This document shows, in pieces, positions 52,035-63,797 of a stretch of DNA of 64,000 bases (within the stretch, counting starts at the first letter, position 1; the number at the start of each line of letters is the position of its first letter). The stretch comes from Leucoraja ocellata (Eukaryota). The notes under the pieces are model-generated. The model had not been told where the DNA came from. It saw nothing but the letters and a program-made list of their open reading frames with translations, and did no database searches. Both the position numbers and the translations under genes were made by a program. The DNA is taken from the NCBI GenBank assembly GCA_036785375.1, contig JAWMAR010000471.1, positions 868,001-932,000 on the forward strand, written 5' to 3'.

Positions 52035-53670
52035 ACTAACCATATAACCATATAACCATATAACAATTACAGCACGGAAAGAGGCCATCTCGGCCCTACA
52101 AGTCCGTGCCAAACAAATTGTTTTCCCTTAGTCCACCTGCCTGCATTCATAACATAACCCTCCATTTCCTTCTCATCCATATGCCTATCCAATTTATTTT
52201 TAAATGATACCAATGAACTGCCTCCACCACTTCCACTGGAAGCTCATTCCACACCGCTACCACTCGCTGAGTAAAGAAGTTCCCCCTCATATTACCCCTA
52301 AACTTCTGTCCTTAATTCTGAAGTCATGTCCCCTTGTTTGAATCTTCCCTATTCTCAAAGGGAAAAGCTTGTCCACATCAACTCTGTCTATCCCTCTCAT
52401 CATTTTAAAGACATCTATCAAGTCCCCCCTTAACCCTCTGCGCTCCAGAGAATAAAGACCTAACTTATTCAACCTATCTCTGTAACTTAGTTGTTGAAAC
52501 CCAGGCAACATTCTAGTAAATCTCCTTTGTACTCTCTCTATTTTGTTGACATCCTTCCTATAATTGGGCGACCAAAATTGTACACCATACTCCAGATTTG
52601 GTCTCACCGATGCCTTGTACAATTTTTAACATTACATCCCAGCTTCTATACTCAATGCTCTAATTACGTTTAAGAGTCCTATTTCGCTCTCTCTTGAAAG
52701 TATTCAGGGAACCGGACTCCACCGCCCTCTGACGCGGAGAATTCCACAGGCTCACAACCCCCCGAGTGAAAAAGTGTTTCCACATCTCCGTTATAAATAG
52801 CTTACTCCTTATTCTTAAACTGTGTGGCCCCTGGTTTCGCAACATCGGGAACATGTTTCCTGCCTCTAGCGTGTCCAAACCCTTAATAATCTTATATGTT
52901 TCAATAAGATCCCTCTCATCTTTCATAATTCCAGAGTATACAAGACCAACCGCTCCATTCTATCAGCATATGGCAGTCCCGCCATCCCGCGTATTAACAT
53001 TGTAAACCTACGCTGTACTCCCTCAATAGCAAGAATGTCCTCCCCCAAATTTGGAGACCAAGAATGACACAATAGTCCAGGTGTGGTCCCACTGGGGCCC
53101 TATACAACTGCAGAAGGACCTCTTTGCTCCTATACTCAACTCCTCTTGTTAAGAAAGCCAACATGCCATTCGCTGTCTTCACTGCCTGCTGAACCTGCAT
53201 GCTTACCTTCATCGCCTGATTAACAAGGACCCCCAGATCCCATTATACTTCCCTTTTTCCAACTTGACACCATTTAGACACTAATCTGCCTTCATGTTTT
53301 TGCTACCAAAGTGGATAACCTCACATCAATCCACATTAAACTGCATCTGCCAGGAATTTTCCCACTCAGCCAACCTGTCCACCTCACACTGCATGATATT
53401 AGCATCCTCCTCATAGTTCACACTGCCACCCAGCTTTGTGGCATCTGCATATTTGCTAATGTTACTTTGAATGACTGATGTATATTGTAATTAGCTGCGG
53501 TCCACAGCACCGAGCCTTGCGGTACCCCACTAGTCACTGCCTGACATTCTGAAAGGGATCCATTAATCCCTACTCTTTGTTCCCTGTCTGCCAATCAATT
53601 TTATAGCCATATCAGCACCCCATCCCCAATACCATGCCCTAATTTTGCCCTCTAATCTCCTATGGGTCCC
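52035..53670 (-). mobile_element. Cluster of CR1 fragments
   Basis: ORFs 52287..52622, 52660..52926 and 52994..53212 are CR1 RT C-termini; (ACCATATA)n tail at 52035. Confidence 0.88.
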
Positions 53671-54495
53671 TATCAAATAAAGGAAATTAAACCATGCCAA
53701 CGATAAAATATATGTATCAGTGGCAACCGGTTGCTCATAGCACCATCCCCTGGTCACAGGTAATATTCGAAATTCAATCTAAAATCCCAAAACCTGCAAT
53801 GAAAAGATACACCACGAGATGGCAGCAGATACAGACTCCTTCTAGACGACACTGAATGGAAACGCCTCTGTCGCACGAGATGTAAGGAGTACGCAGGGTC
53901 CTACTGCTCGTATTCAACTAAAATCGCTGGGTGCAGGAGGGTGCATGGTCCACATATACCAAGGGTGAAGAGTGCAATGAAGTCACAAGATTGGTGTAAT
54001 TTTTTACAACACAGGAGCATCGATTTCTATTGTATTGTATCTCGTGCGAACACAACCACGCCACGCCACGCCACACTCATGTACTTCAATGAATACTTAC
54101 TGCAGAAAGGAAAGGGCTGCACTGTAGGTTTCACAATGGGAAAGTCGGAATATCTCAGCAGAAAGACTGGATTTAGATGAATAGAAACACGTCGGTGTAA
54201 CATATGCTGACACTTGATCAGCATCTTGATTTATATATCGATATCGATATCTGTNNNNNNNNNNNNNNNNNNNNNNNNNNNNNNNNNNNNNNNNNNNNNN
54301 NNNNNNNNNNNNNNNNNNNNNNNNNNNNNNNNNNNNNNNNNNNNNNNNNNNNNNNNNNNNNNNNNNNNNNNNNNNNNNNNNNNNNNNNNNNNNNNNNNNN
54401 NNNNNNNNNNNNNNNNNNNNNNNNNNNNNNNNNNNNNNNNNNNNNNNNNNNNNNNNNNNNNNNNNNNNNNNNNNNNNNNNNNNNNNNNNNNNNNN

Positions 54496-54530
54496 CTCTC
54501 TCGCTCTTTCCTCTCTCTCTTTCTGTCTCC

Positions 54531-54569
<39 letters not shown>

Positions 54570-54612
54570 GCCTAATAACAGCCTAATATATAGCCTAATA
54601 TATATATATAGC
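54496..54612. repeat. (CT)n(AT)n microsatellite beside a gap
   Basis: Directly visible. Confidence 0.9.
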
Positions 54613-56472
54613 CTATTAACAGGGACAGGGCCTAATAACAATGCGAATTAAAAAGACGGGCCAATGATCTGTTGATCGTCATTTAATGTTCAAGTAAAAC
54701 ATTCCGATAGGTCCAGGCTGATTAACGAAGAGATCTCAATCGACAATAGGTGCAGGACTGGGCCATTTGGCCCTTCGTGCCAGCATCGCCATTCAATGTG
54801 ATCGTGGCTGATCATCCCCAATCAGTACCCCGTCCCTGCCTTCTCCCCATATCCCCTGACTCCGCTATCTTTAAGAGCCCTATCTAGCTCTCTCTTGAAA
54901 GTATCCAGAGAACCTGCCTCACCGCCCTCTGAGGCAGATAATTCCACAAACTCACCACTGTCTGTGAGAAAAAGTATTTCCTCGTCTCCGTTCTAAATGG
55001 CTTACTCGTTATTCTTAAACTGCGGCCCCTGGTTCTGGACTCCCCCAACATCGGGAACATGTTTCCTGACAGTAGATCATTTGGTTGGGTTCACTCCTCT
55101 GGCAACCAGCATAATCCCGAATAATCAGTGCCACTTTCCTGCATTATTCTTATTTAATTCAGATACATTAATGCATAACGTGTTGTTCCTGTCTGTAATA
55201 CACGTGGACACGTGTACACTAAGATTTCGAAGTCCACATGAACAGAAAATTCCCAATATTATTGATCTTTTATTCCGCTCCTCTCCAACAGACTTTTACA
55301 AAAATGTCTCAAATTATTTGGCCTCAGATCATCTACGGAAAGGGATGGAATGAAAGAGATTAAGTATTTTAAGTATCCATCAGTGTCTGAATGATGGAGT
55401 GGCTTTCAAGACTTCATTTTTAAGGGAGAAGCGCTCGGATATATGTAGACGCAGGTCACATTTCCCGTGAAATATAGAATAATAGAAATATAAAAATATA
55501 GCCTCAATTATACACTGGAAGTAAAAGCAGAAGTTGTAAAATCCCCATAAAACGCATAGATTTCCGCCGCAGGCGGTGGAAACAGAAATAGTTTAAATTT
55601 TATGACCATGATTCTCGATCAGAACAGAAAAAGTTGTTTTTTTAAACTGCGATTTAATTTTCACAGAGAAGTAGACCTTAAGAGGGGGGATGACAGAGGG
55701 AATATCGCCAAATGAAGTGTCCAAAGCTGACCTTTGGTGACGACCTGTTTATGAAGCTGTCTGATTTGTGGGTAAGGAAATACACTTTAAGAGAGAAAGC
55801 AAACATGTGGAGCTCGAGTTCCTTTGAGTGAGTGTTTAATGAGAAGCCAATGATATCAGAGGCCCTTCCTACCAGAACATCTTCCCTACTCACCGGACAT
55901 CATAGATACATAGAAACATAGAAAATAGGTGCAGGGGGAGGCCATTCAGCCCTTCGAGCCAGCACCGCCATTCATTGTGATCATGGCTGATCGTCCCCTA
56001 TCAACCCGTGCCTGCCTTCTCCCCATATCCCTTGACTCCACTAGCCCCTAGAACTCTATCTAACTCACACTTAAAGCCATCCAGTAACTGGCGGTGCAGG
56101 CTCGAAGGGCCGAATGGCCTACTCCTGCACCTAATTTCTATGTTTCTATGTCTGTTCTCCACTGCCCTCTGTGGCAGGGAATTCCATAAATTCACAACTC
56201 TTGGGAGAAAACGTTTTTTTCTCACCTCAGTCTTAAATAACCTCCCCTTTATTCTAAGACTGTGGCCCTTGGTTCTGGACTCGCCCAACATTGGGAACTT
56301 TTTTCCTGCATATAGCTTGTCCAGTCCTCCTATAATTGTATTTGTTTCTATAAGATCCCCCAGAGGAATGTTGGTTAAGCATGTATGTGGGGCTTATGGA
56401 CCTGAAGCAAATTCAGAAAATCACCCACCCCAGTTTATACCTATTGTTTGTTTACGCCATACAAAGCAGGGA

Positions 56473-56517
56473 CCGGAAACTGCGTCACTTCAGTAATTTG
56501 CGGAGCATAGGCCAATG
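56473..56517 (+). promoter_or_regulatory. Putative NAR-TCR V promoter elements (ETS + CRE half-site, CCAAT)
   Basis: CCGGAAACTGCGTCAC and GCCAAT lie 120-160 bp upstream of the leader ATG. Confidence 0.4.
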
Positions 56518-56634
56518 GAAACCAACCCGACCCACTGAAGTTTTGCAAGCCAACGTTATCGCAAGTCAGCGGAGCTTTTCACGGCTGCCAGCCGCAAATT
56601 CCGTCACCCAAGTGAGCTCCCGGGAAACAGAGCG

Positions 56635-56677
56635 ATGCGAATCCCACCGGTTTTTATCCTGTGGCTCTGCTTACATC
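56635..56677 (+). CDS. Leader exon of NAR-TCR V (cassette 2)
   Basis: MRIPPVFILWLCLH+C|GTGAGT, 43 nt like the cassette 1 leader; in frame with the exon at 56806. Confidence 0.88.
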
Positions 56678-56805
56678 GTGAGTACAGTTTGCACTTTTAA
56701 TATAAAAATAATCGCATCCGTCCCGATTTTCAAACCGTTTGTTTAATCCTCGACACGTGGTTCGTTTTTGATGCACATATACCTCTCCCTGTGCTTCACC
56801 TGCAG

Positions 56806-57115
56806 GCTCCTTTAGTCAGACACTGACGCAGCGCCCTTCGGCGGCGACGAGGGAGGAGTGCCAGTCTCTCGCCATCAAATGCCGTTTCCAACCTGGTTCA
56901 AGGGGTGAATATGCATTTCAAACTGGACGTTTCTTCAAACAAACCCAATCCGAACCTGGGCGGGAACGGATCACCAACGGGCCCCGATTCCGTACGTCGC
57001 TTAATGAAGCAGAAATGACTTTCACGCTGGAAATTCGAGAACTGGCAGCTGGGGACAACGCCACCTATTACTGTCAAGCTGAGTACAGATGGCGCCGACA
57101 AAGGGTTATGGGGAT
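56806..57115 (+). CDS. NAR-TCR (IgNAR-like) V exon, apparently germline-joined to D (cassette 2), open
   Basis: ctgcag|GC gives SFSQTLTQRPSAATREECQSLAIKCRFQPGSRGEYAFQTGRFFKQTQSEPGRERITNGPRFRTSLNEAEMTFTLEIRELAAGDNATYYCQAEYRWRRQRVMG with no stops. Clear paralog of 49266-49555. Confidence 0.9.
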
Positions 57116-57143
57116 CACAATATTAGAGAGCAGCACATAATCT
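57116..57143 (+). other. 12-RSS directly after the V-D fusion
   Basis: CACAATA + ttagagagcagc (12 nt) + ACATAATCT. Confidence 0.75.
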
Positions 57144-57455
57144 TCGGGCAATTAAAACATCTATTCACGGGAAGCGGCAACACAATGTAACAATTCTTCG
57201 TGACGCTGGAGTCGACCTGAACTCCATTGCAATAGGGAAGTTATTGCTATTTTTACTTGCAATTTTCTCCATCGATTTCCGAAACGACCACCGATCCAGG
57301 TACAGAGGTTGCATTTCTTGTTGGTTCGTCTCTTAAATTGAACAGATTGATCATACTGCGACGTTGGATCTTGTAACATTTGGTTTTCGTTCCGAAACCA
57401 CTGGAGGTGATTTCACAGCCTCTGGTCATGACTGTCGGGCAGATATAGACGAGGG

Positions 57456-57560
57456 AGTTTTTTATACTGACGATCCCAGCGTCAGGTCACTGTGGGTCCA
57501 TACTTCCGTGGAGAACTTACTATAAGGATGGTACTGGGTCCGCAGTGACTGTCACAATCG
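57456..57560 (+). CDS. NAR-TCR J segment (57495-57560) with 23-RSS (57456-57494), cassette 2
   Basis: AGTTTTTTA-23-CACTGTG, then SILPWRTYYKDGTGSAVTVTI+G|GTAAGC. Confidence 0.92.
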
Positions 57561-58004
57561 GTAAGCATTCGACAACTTCGGGTCCCACCTCTGGCTGTAC
57601 CTGGGAATGTGCTGGAACATGTTACAAGGCGACAGTAATTTAATCAATTTTCAACAGGACGTTTTTCTATAGGGGTTTGCAATAAAAACACATCTGGTTA
57701 TGTTGGAGAAATGATTGAGGCGCACTCCGGCAGCAGGTATGATATAACTATGACATAAATGATATAAACGATGACAGAGAACGATCAATGCACAAAAAAA
57801 TCCCCAAAAGGAATATGATTACAACAGCGATTTTATAAAGACTAAGAAGAGTAGCAATTATTTATTAACAGAAGGGGGGAGGGGTGAGTTTCTAAGCGGA
57901 CAAGGAAGAGGCAAAATAGAACAAAACCGCTGTTGAACCTGTTCACAACGCAATTACATTGCTTTTGTAAGAGCTTTCCCATTAGGGTATGACGCGTAGG
58001 ATGG

Positions 58005-58905
58005 CTTTAGTCAAGTCAAGTCAAGTCTAGTCACTGTTCTTTCCATAGCACATTTAAAAAACAACTCCCGTTGACCAAAGTGCTTTATATTGCTGGAGGT
58101 ACTAACGTTATACAACAGCGGTTCGTATATTAAGTACATCCATAAATATATACACATAGCCATCCCTCAGAGGACGTCAAGAAAGGCTTGAGAGTAAAGA
58201 TGAGTTTTATGTCTCGACTTAAAAGAGTCGATGGGGGGGGGGGGGGGGGGGGGAGAGCAGTTCCGATGGGAAGAGGGATGCTGTTCCACAGTCTAGGAGC
58301 TGAAATCTCAAAGGCGTGGTCGCCCCTGAGCTTATGCCTGGACCGCGGGATGTTCAGTAACCCCAGGTCGGCCGATCAGAGGGACCTGAAGATGGTGTGA
58401 CTTTAGTAAGCGGACTTTTGATGGAGGTGGGGACAAAGTCATAAAGAAGGAACCTGAAATTTATTCGGAACCGCACAGGGAGCCAGTGCAGAGAGGCCAG
58501 AATCGGGGTGATCTGGTCCCTTTTTCGGCTGCTCGTCAGGAGTCTCGCTGCGGCGTATTGGACCAGTTGCAGGCGGGACAGGGAAGATTTGCTGATGCCA
58601 GTGTGAAGGGAGTTGCAGTAATCGAGGCTGGAGGAGATGAATGTGTGGATGATCTTTTCGAGGTCGTCAAACTGGAGGAATTGTTTTATTTTAGCTATCG
58701 GCCGAAGCTGGAAGAAGCTAGCTTTTCCCACGGCATTGACTTGTTTGTCAAATTTGAACGGTGAGTCAAAGATCACGCCAAGGTTTTTGACGTGAGGTTT
58801 GAGTAATGGGGTAAGGCTTCCAAGGCTGCCTGCTATCGTTTTGATTGAGTCCGAGGGGCCGAGAAGGATGACCTCGGACTATCTCTCGTTTAGTTGGAGG
58901 ACGTT
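58005..58905 (-). mobile_element. L2 LINE 3' fragment in the J-to-supporting-V intron
   Basis: ASFFQLR..IAKIK, LDYCNSL, LASLHWLPV motifs; (CAAGT)n tail. Confidence 0.85.
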
Positions 58906-59661
58906 CTGGGTTGGGGACGGTGAAGTAATCATCTTTATAATTCCGAACTGCCAGAAGGCGCTTGACTGGAAGAATGTTGAACAGTACGTCTAAAACCCCG
59001 TGCGAAAACTGCACAGACTGAATCAAACCGACAAAATGCAGGTTATGGGAAAATATCACACGATGTTGATCATAAACCGCAAGTGATAAAATCGAGACAC
59101 CCATATCTGACAAAATGTGATGTAACGTTGAAATGAAAGTGAAACAAAGGAAGGTGTACCCCACCGAAGATAGAAACGTTGGTAATAAGCTGGGAGAGGT
59201 TTTATCCGGGTGTGTTAAATGCTGTTAAAGAATAGCACTTTCCCCAGAAATATTCAGTGTCGGCTTGGCTAATTCTGCGTTGAATAGTCTAATTTCACTC
59301 TCGTGTGTATTCCAATGCACTGGCTTATAACCGAGACGTGGTAAATCTTTACACGCGAGCAAAATATATCCATTTTTTACACGATATGTTCTTCGGGAAA
59401 CGCGAATGATGGAATTTTCATTTATTGTTAATCTGACCCATGATCTGGATGCAGGCTCTCTGAATGTGCCCCACAGTCATTCTTCCTGCTCCCGGTTCAT
59501 TTTCGTACACTTAGCCATGATAATCCATGAAGATCATTTCATGGTCAGTGACGTCCCTTCGCTGCTCATGGTTTGAATAATTACCAAGGATATTTTGAAA
59601 TCTAGTGCACACGTCTCTCCGGCAATGTATAGTGACGAAATAATGAATTTCTCTCCGACAG

Positions 59662-59973
59662 CTACAGCTTATATTTCCCAGTTGGCCACGAGTCCGCCGC
59701 TACAGTCTTTTCCTGCTGGCAGCAACGTTACTCTAGAATGCGTATGTTTTGGGTTCTGTCCGTTCATAATACATTGGTACCGGCAGTTCCCAGGACGGGC
59801 TCCACAATTTCAACTCCTGGGACACAGTTCAGGAGAGCAGGATCAGAAACATTCTGCTGCAGAAAAAATATTCGCTTCTCTTGATCGTGGACAGAAAATC
59901 AGCCGGTTAACAATCTCCAATTTGCAGCTTGGCGACGCTGCTGTGTTCTTCTGTGCAATTAGGTCAGGCACAG
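59662..59973 (+). CDS. Leaderless NAR-TCR-supporting V-delta exon (cassette 2), open
   Basis: Acceptor at 59661 or 59667 (both in frame). (AT)AYISQLATSPPLQSFPAGSNVTLECVCFGFCPFIIHWYRQFPGRAPQF...DAAVFFCAIRSGT, with a CDR1 Cys. Confidence 0.88.
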
Positions 59974-60012
59974 CACAGTCATACAAAATAGGGAGGAAGC
60001 CTTACAAAAACG
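59974..60012 (+). other. 23-RSS of supporting V-delta (cassette 2)
   Basis: CACAGTC + atacaaaatagggaggaagcctt (23 nt) + ACAAAAACG. Confidence 0.9.
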
Positions 60013-60119
60013 TCGATGTGGTCGAGCACAGGCAGGCACGGCGCTGCAGAGCTCAGAGAGAGCTGCAGAAAATGTCGGTGCGGTAGAAATTATTGCAGAA
60101 AATAATGTTTATATCTGCT

Positions 60120-60735
60120 GTTGGCCTTCATAACAAGAGGATTTCAGCATAGGAGTAAAGAGGTTCTTCTGCAGTTGTATAGGGCTCTGGTGAGACCGCA
60201 GCTGGAGTATTGTGTACAGTTTTGATGAAGGACATCCTTGTGATTGAGGCAGTGCAGCGTAGGTTCACGAGATTGATCCCTGGGACGGCGGGACTGTCAT
60301 ATGAGGGAAGATTGAAAAGGCTATTCACTGGAGTTTAGAACGATGAGGGGGAGATGTTATAGAAACATATAAAATTATAAAAGGGCTGGGCAAGTTAGAT
60401 TCAGGAAAAATGTTCCCAATGTTGAGCGAGTCCAGAACCAGGGGCCACAGTCTTAGAATAAAGTGGAGGTCATTTAAGACTGAGTTGAGAAAAACGTTTT
60501 CACCCAGAGAGTTGTGAATTTGTGGAATTCCTTGCCACAAAGGGCTGTGGAGGCCAAATCACGGGATGGACTTAAGAGAGAGTTAGACAGAGCTCTAGGC
60601 GCTAGTGGAGCCAAGGGTTATGGAGTGAAGGCAGGCACGGGTTATTGATAGGGGACAATCAGCCATGATCTCAATGAAAAGCGGTGCTGGCCCGAAGGGC
60701 CGAATGGTCTCCTCCTGTTTCCATGATTCTATATT
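60120..60735 (+). mobile_element. CR1 3' fragment
   Basis: Degenerate LVRPQLEYCVQF...RTRGHSLRI and CR1 3' UTR. Confidence 0.85.
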
Positions 60736-60804
60736 TATAAAAAGAGTAAACAAGATCGCGAGATGATTGTCAAGTTCATGGTTAATTGGGGTCGTAAAAT
60801 AATG

Positions 60805-60940
60805 CATGTATGCATGAATGAATGATGAATGAATGAATGAATGATGAATGATTGAATGATTGAATGCATGATGGAATGAATGAATAAATGATGAATGATT
60901 GATTGATTGATTGATTGAATGATGAATGAATGAATGAACG
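60805..60940. repeat. (GAAT/GATT)n microsatellite
   Basis: Directly visible. Confidence 0.9.
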
Positions 60941-61064
60941 GATGTAATGACGTGGAGCGTGTGACCGGTAATGAGGCAGGCAAGGGAAGAATGAATTAGA
61001 AGACCCTCGGAAGGATGAACAACCTGACCCAGGCCACGTGGATCAGAGGGGCATTTGAGATAGA

Positions 61065-62390
61065 ACGGGGAAGGAAAACGTTGTTGTCATTGGGGATAGT
61101 ATTGCTAGGGGGCGTTGACACTGTTCTCTGTCGAAAGGTTTGAGAGTCCCGGAAGCTGCGTTGCCTGCCTGGTGGCCGGGTTCAGGACATTTCGTCTGCG
61201 CTGCTGAGCAACGTGCAGGCGAGGGGAAAGATCCCGTTGGCGTGGTCCAATGACCTAGGTAGAACAAGAACATAGATTCTGCTGAAGGAATATGAAGAAC
61301 AAAAGCAGAACCAAGTAGGTAATAATCTCTGGATTGCTACCCGAGCCATGTGCGACGGTCGGAGCTGGGAATTGAATGTTCAAAGTTAAACATTCTATCG
61401 GAAATAAAGACTGGTGGGCGAAGGGGTTGGGGTAGCACGGTTGGCACGGAATAAAATTCAGTCCGTAGGGAGGGCGATATGATCATAGAGTGTAGAATCA
61501 TTGTGGATAGAGCTGAGAGATTTTACGGGTAAAAATGCGATAATGGAAGTTCGTTACAGGCAACCAAACAGTAGTCAGGATAGAGGATACAAGTTACACC
61601 AGTAGATAGAAACATAGAAAATAGGTGCAGGAGTAGGCCATTCGGCCCTTCGCGCCTGCACCGCCCTTCAATATGATCATGGCTGATCATCCAACTCAGT
61701 GTCCTGTACCAACCTTATCTCCATACCCCCTGATCCCTTTAGCCACAAGGGTCACATCTAACTCACTCTTAAATATAACCAATTGGCATGTAAGAAGGAC
61801 GATGCTACGGAGGTCATGTGGGATTTCATTATGCAGGTAAACTGGGTAAATCAGGATGGTACATGACCCCAAGGAAGGGGATTTGTTGAGTCCCTACGAG
61901 ATGGATTCGTAGAAAAGCTTTTAGCAGAGCATACCAGGGTAAAGATGATTCTGCATTTAGTGTTGAGTAGCGCTCCGGATTTGATAAAGGGAGCTCTAGG
62001 TAAATGAACCACTAGGAAGTAGCGACCAGACCATGATAAGTTTTAATCCGCAATTTAAGAGGGAGAAGATGACATCGGATGTGTCTGTATTGCAGATGAG
62101 CAAAGGGTACCGAGGCACGAAGGATTTTCTGGTGAAAGTTGTCTGGGAAGGGAACAGAGCAGGGAAGACAGTGGAACTTAAATGGCAGGAATTTCTGGGA
62201 ATATTCCGGAAGATGCAGAACATTTTCGTTGCAAAAAGGAAGAAAGATTCTAGGTGGAGAAATCGTGGCCGTGGCTGACAAGGGCAGCCAGGATATTATA
62301 AAACTAAAAGAGAAGGCGTATAACATTGCAAAGATCAGTGGGAAGCCAGAGTATTGGGAAGCTATTAAAGAACGACAGAAAGTAAATTAA
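61065..62390 (+). mobile_element. Old CR1 ORF1 (SGNH esterase) and ORF2 endonuclease remnant with a nested CR1 tail (61608-61783)
   Basis: ENVVVIGDSIARG motif at ~61073; decayed endonuclease motifs (ESLWIELR, YRQPN, DHDK). Confidence 0.7.
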
Positions 62391-63128
62391 CAGGGTTGAT
62401 GATACTCCAATATATTTCTAATTCACAATGCAGGGATTCTGTTTCTATCAGTTTAGTCTTTCCATCTCCGTGAATTACATATTCCATCAATGACGAGTGG
62501 CGCCGTCAGCGACGGCAGCCTCGCCAATAGTATTGCTGTCGTTTCGTCATTTTTGTTATTTTTAGTATGTTTTTTAAATACGTGTTAATGTTCTCTGGTT
62601 TGCTTTATGTGGGAGGTGGGGGACGGGGTCGGGGGAAACTTTTTTCAAACTCTTACCTTGCCGGAGATGCGATTGTTTTCCGGGTCGTATCTCCGATCGC
62701 TCTGCGGCCCAAGATCTTGGAGTTGGCGGCCTTGCTCGAATCTGACTTTCAGCCCCAACGCGGGGCCGTGGATTTACCTTGCTTGGGATCGACGCTCCAA
62801 CCGCGGCCTGTGGATTTCACCATCGAGGAGCTCGCAGACTCCGGCAAAGACTGATGTCGGGAAGCTCCAAGTCGCAGATGGTTCGACCAGCCCCGACCTG
62901 GGGGCCGATCGCCAGGCGCGAGGCAGCTGGGAGCCTCCAGATCCGGGCGCATGATCGCCCCGACGGGGAGGGATCGACCGCCGGCTGCGGGAGCCAAGAT
63001 CTCCCCGACAACGGAAGGTTGCAGAGCCCTGACCGCGGAAGAACAAAGAAGGGAAGCAGAGTGAACATGTTTGCCTTCCATCACAGTGAGGAATGTGGGG
63101 GAGTCGCTGTGGGCGATGGCCATGTTTA

Positions 63129-63797
63129 ACATAGAAACATAGAAATTAGGTGCAGGAGTAGGCCATTCGGCCCTTCGAGCCTGCACAGCCATTCAATATG
63201 ATCATGGCTGATCATCCAACTCAGTATCCCGTACCTGCCTTCTCTCCATACCCTCTGATCCCCTTAGCCACAAGGGCCACATCTAACTCCCTCTTAAATA
63301 TAGCCAATGAACTGGCCTCGACTACCCTCTGCGGCAGAGAGTTCCAGAGATTCACCACTCTCTGTGTGAAAAAAAGTTATTCTCATCTCGGTTTGAAAGG
63401 ATTCCCCCCTTTTCCTTAAGCTGTGACCCCTTGTCCTGGACTTCCCCAACATCGGGAGCAATCTTCCTGCATCTAGCCTGTCCAACCCATTAAGAATTTT
63501 GCAAGTTTCTATAAGATCCCCTCTCAATCTCCTAAATTCTAGAGAGTATAAACCAAGTCTATTTAGTCTTTCTTCACAAGACAGTCCTGACATCCCAGGA
63601 ATCAGTCTGGTGAACCGTCTCTGCACTCCCTCTATGGCAATAATGTCCTTCCTCAGATTTGGAGACCGAAACTGTACGCAATACTCCAGGTGTGGTCTCA
63701 CCAAGACCCTGTACAACTGCAGTAGAACCTCCGTGCTCCTATACTCAAATCCTTTTGCTATGAAAGCTAACATACCATTCGCTTTCTTCACTGCCTT
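63129..63797 (-). mobile_element. CR1 3' fragment
   Basis: ORF 63294..63791; catagaaa tail. Confidence 0.93.

Noticed and set aside
57099-57137. CAAAGGG as a decayed V heptamer of a 23-RSS
   Set aside because: It lacks the essential CAC and has no nonamer at 22-23 nt. The 12-RSS at 57116 fits better and has D-flank homology.
57380-57440. Possible separate D segment (cactgga-ggtgattt-cacagcc)
   Set aside because: Both heptamers are poor and there is no nonamer at 12-nt spacing on either side.
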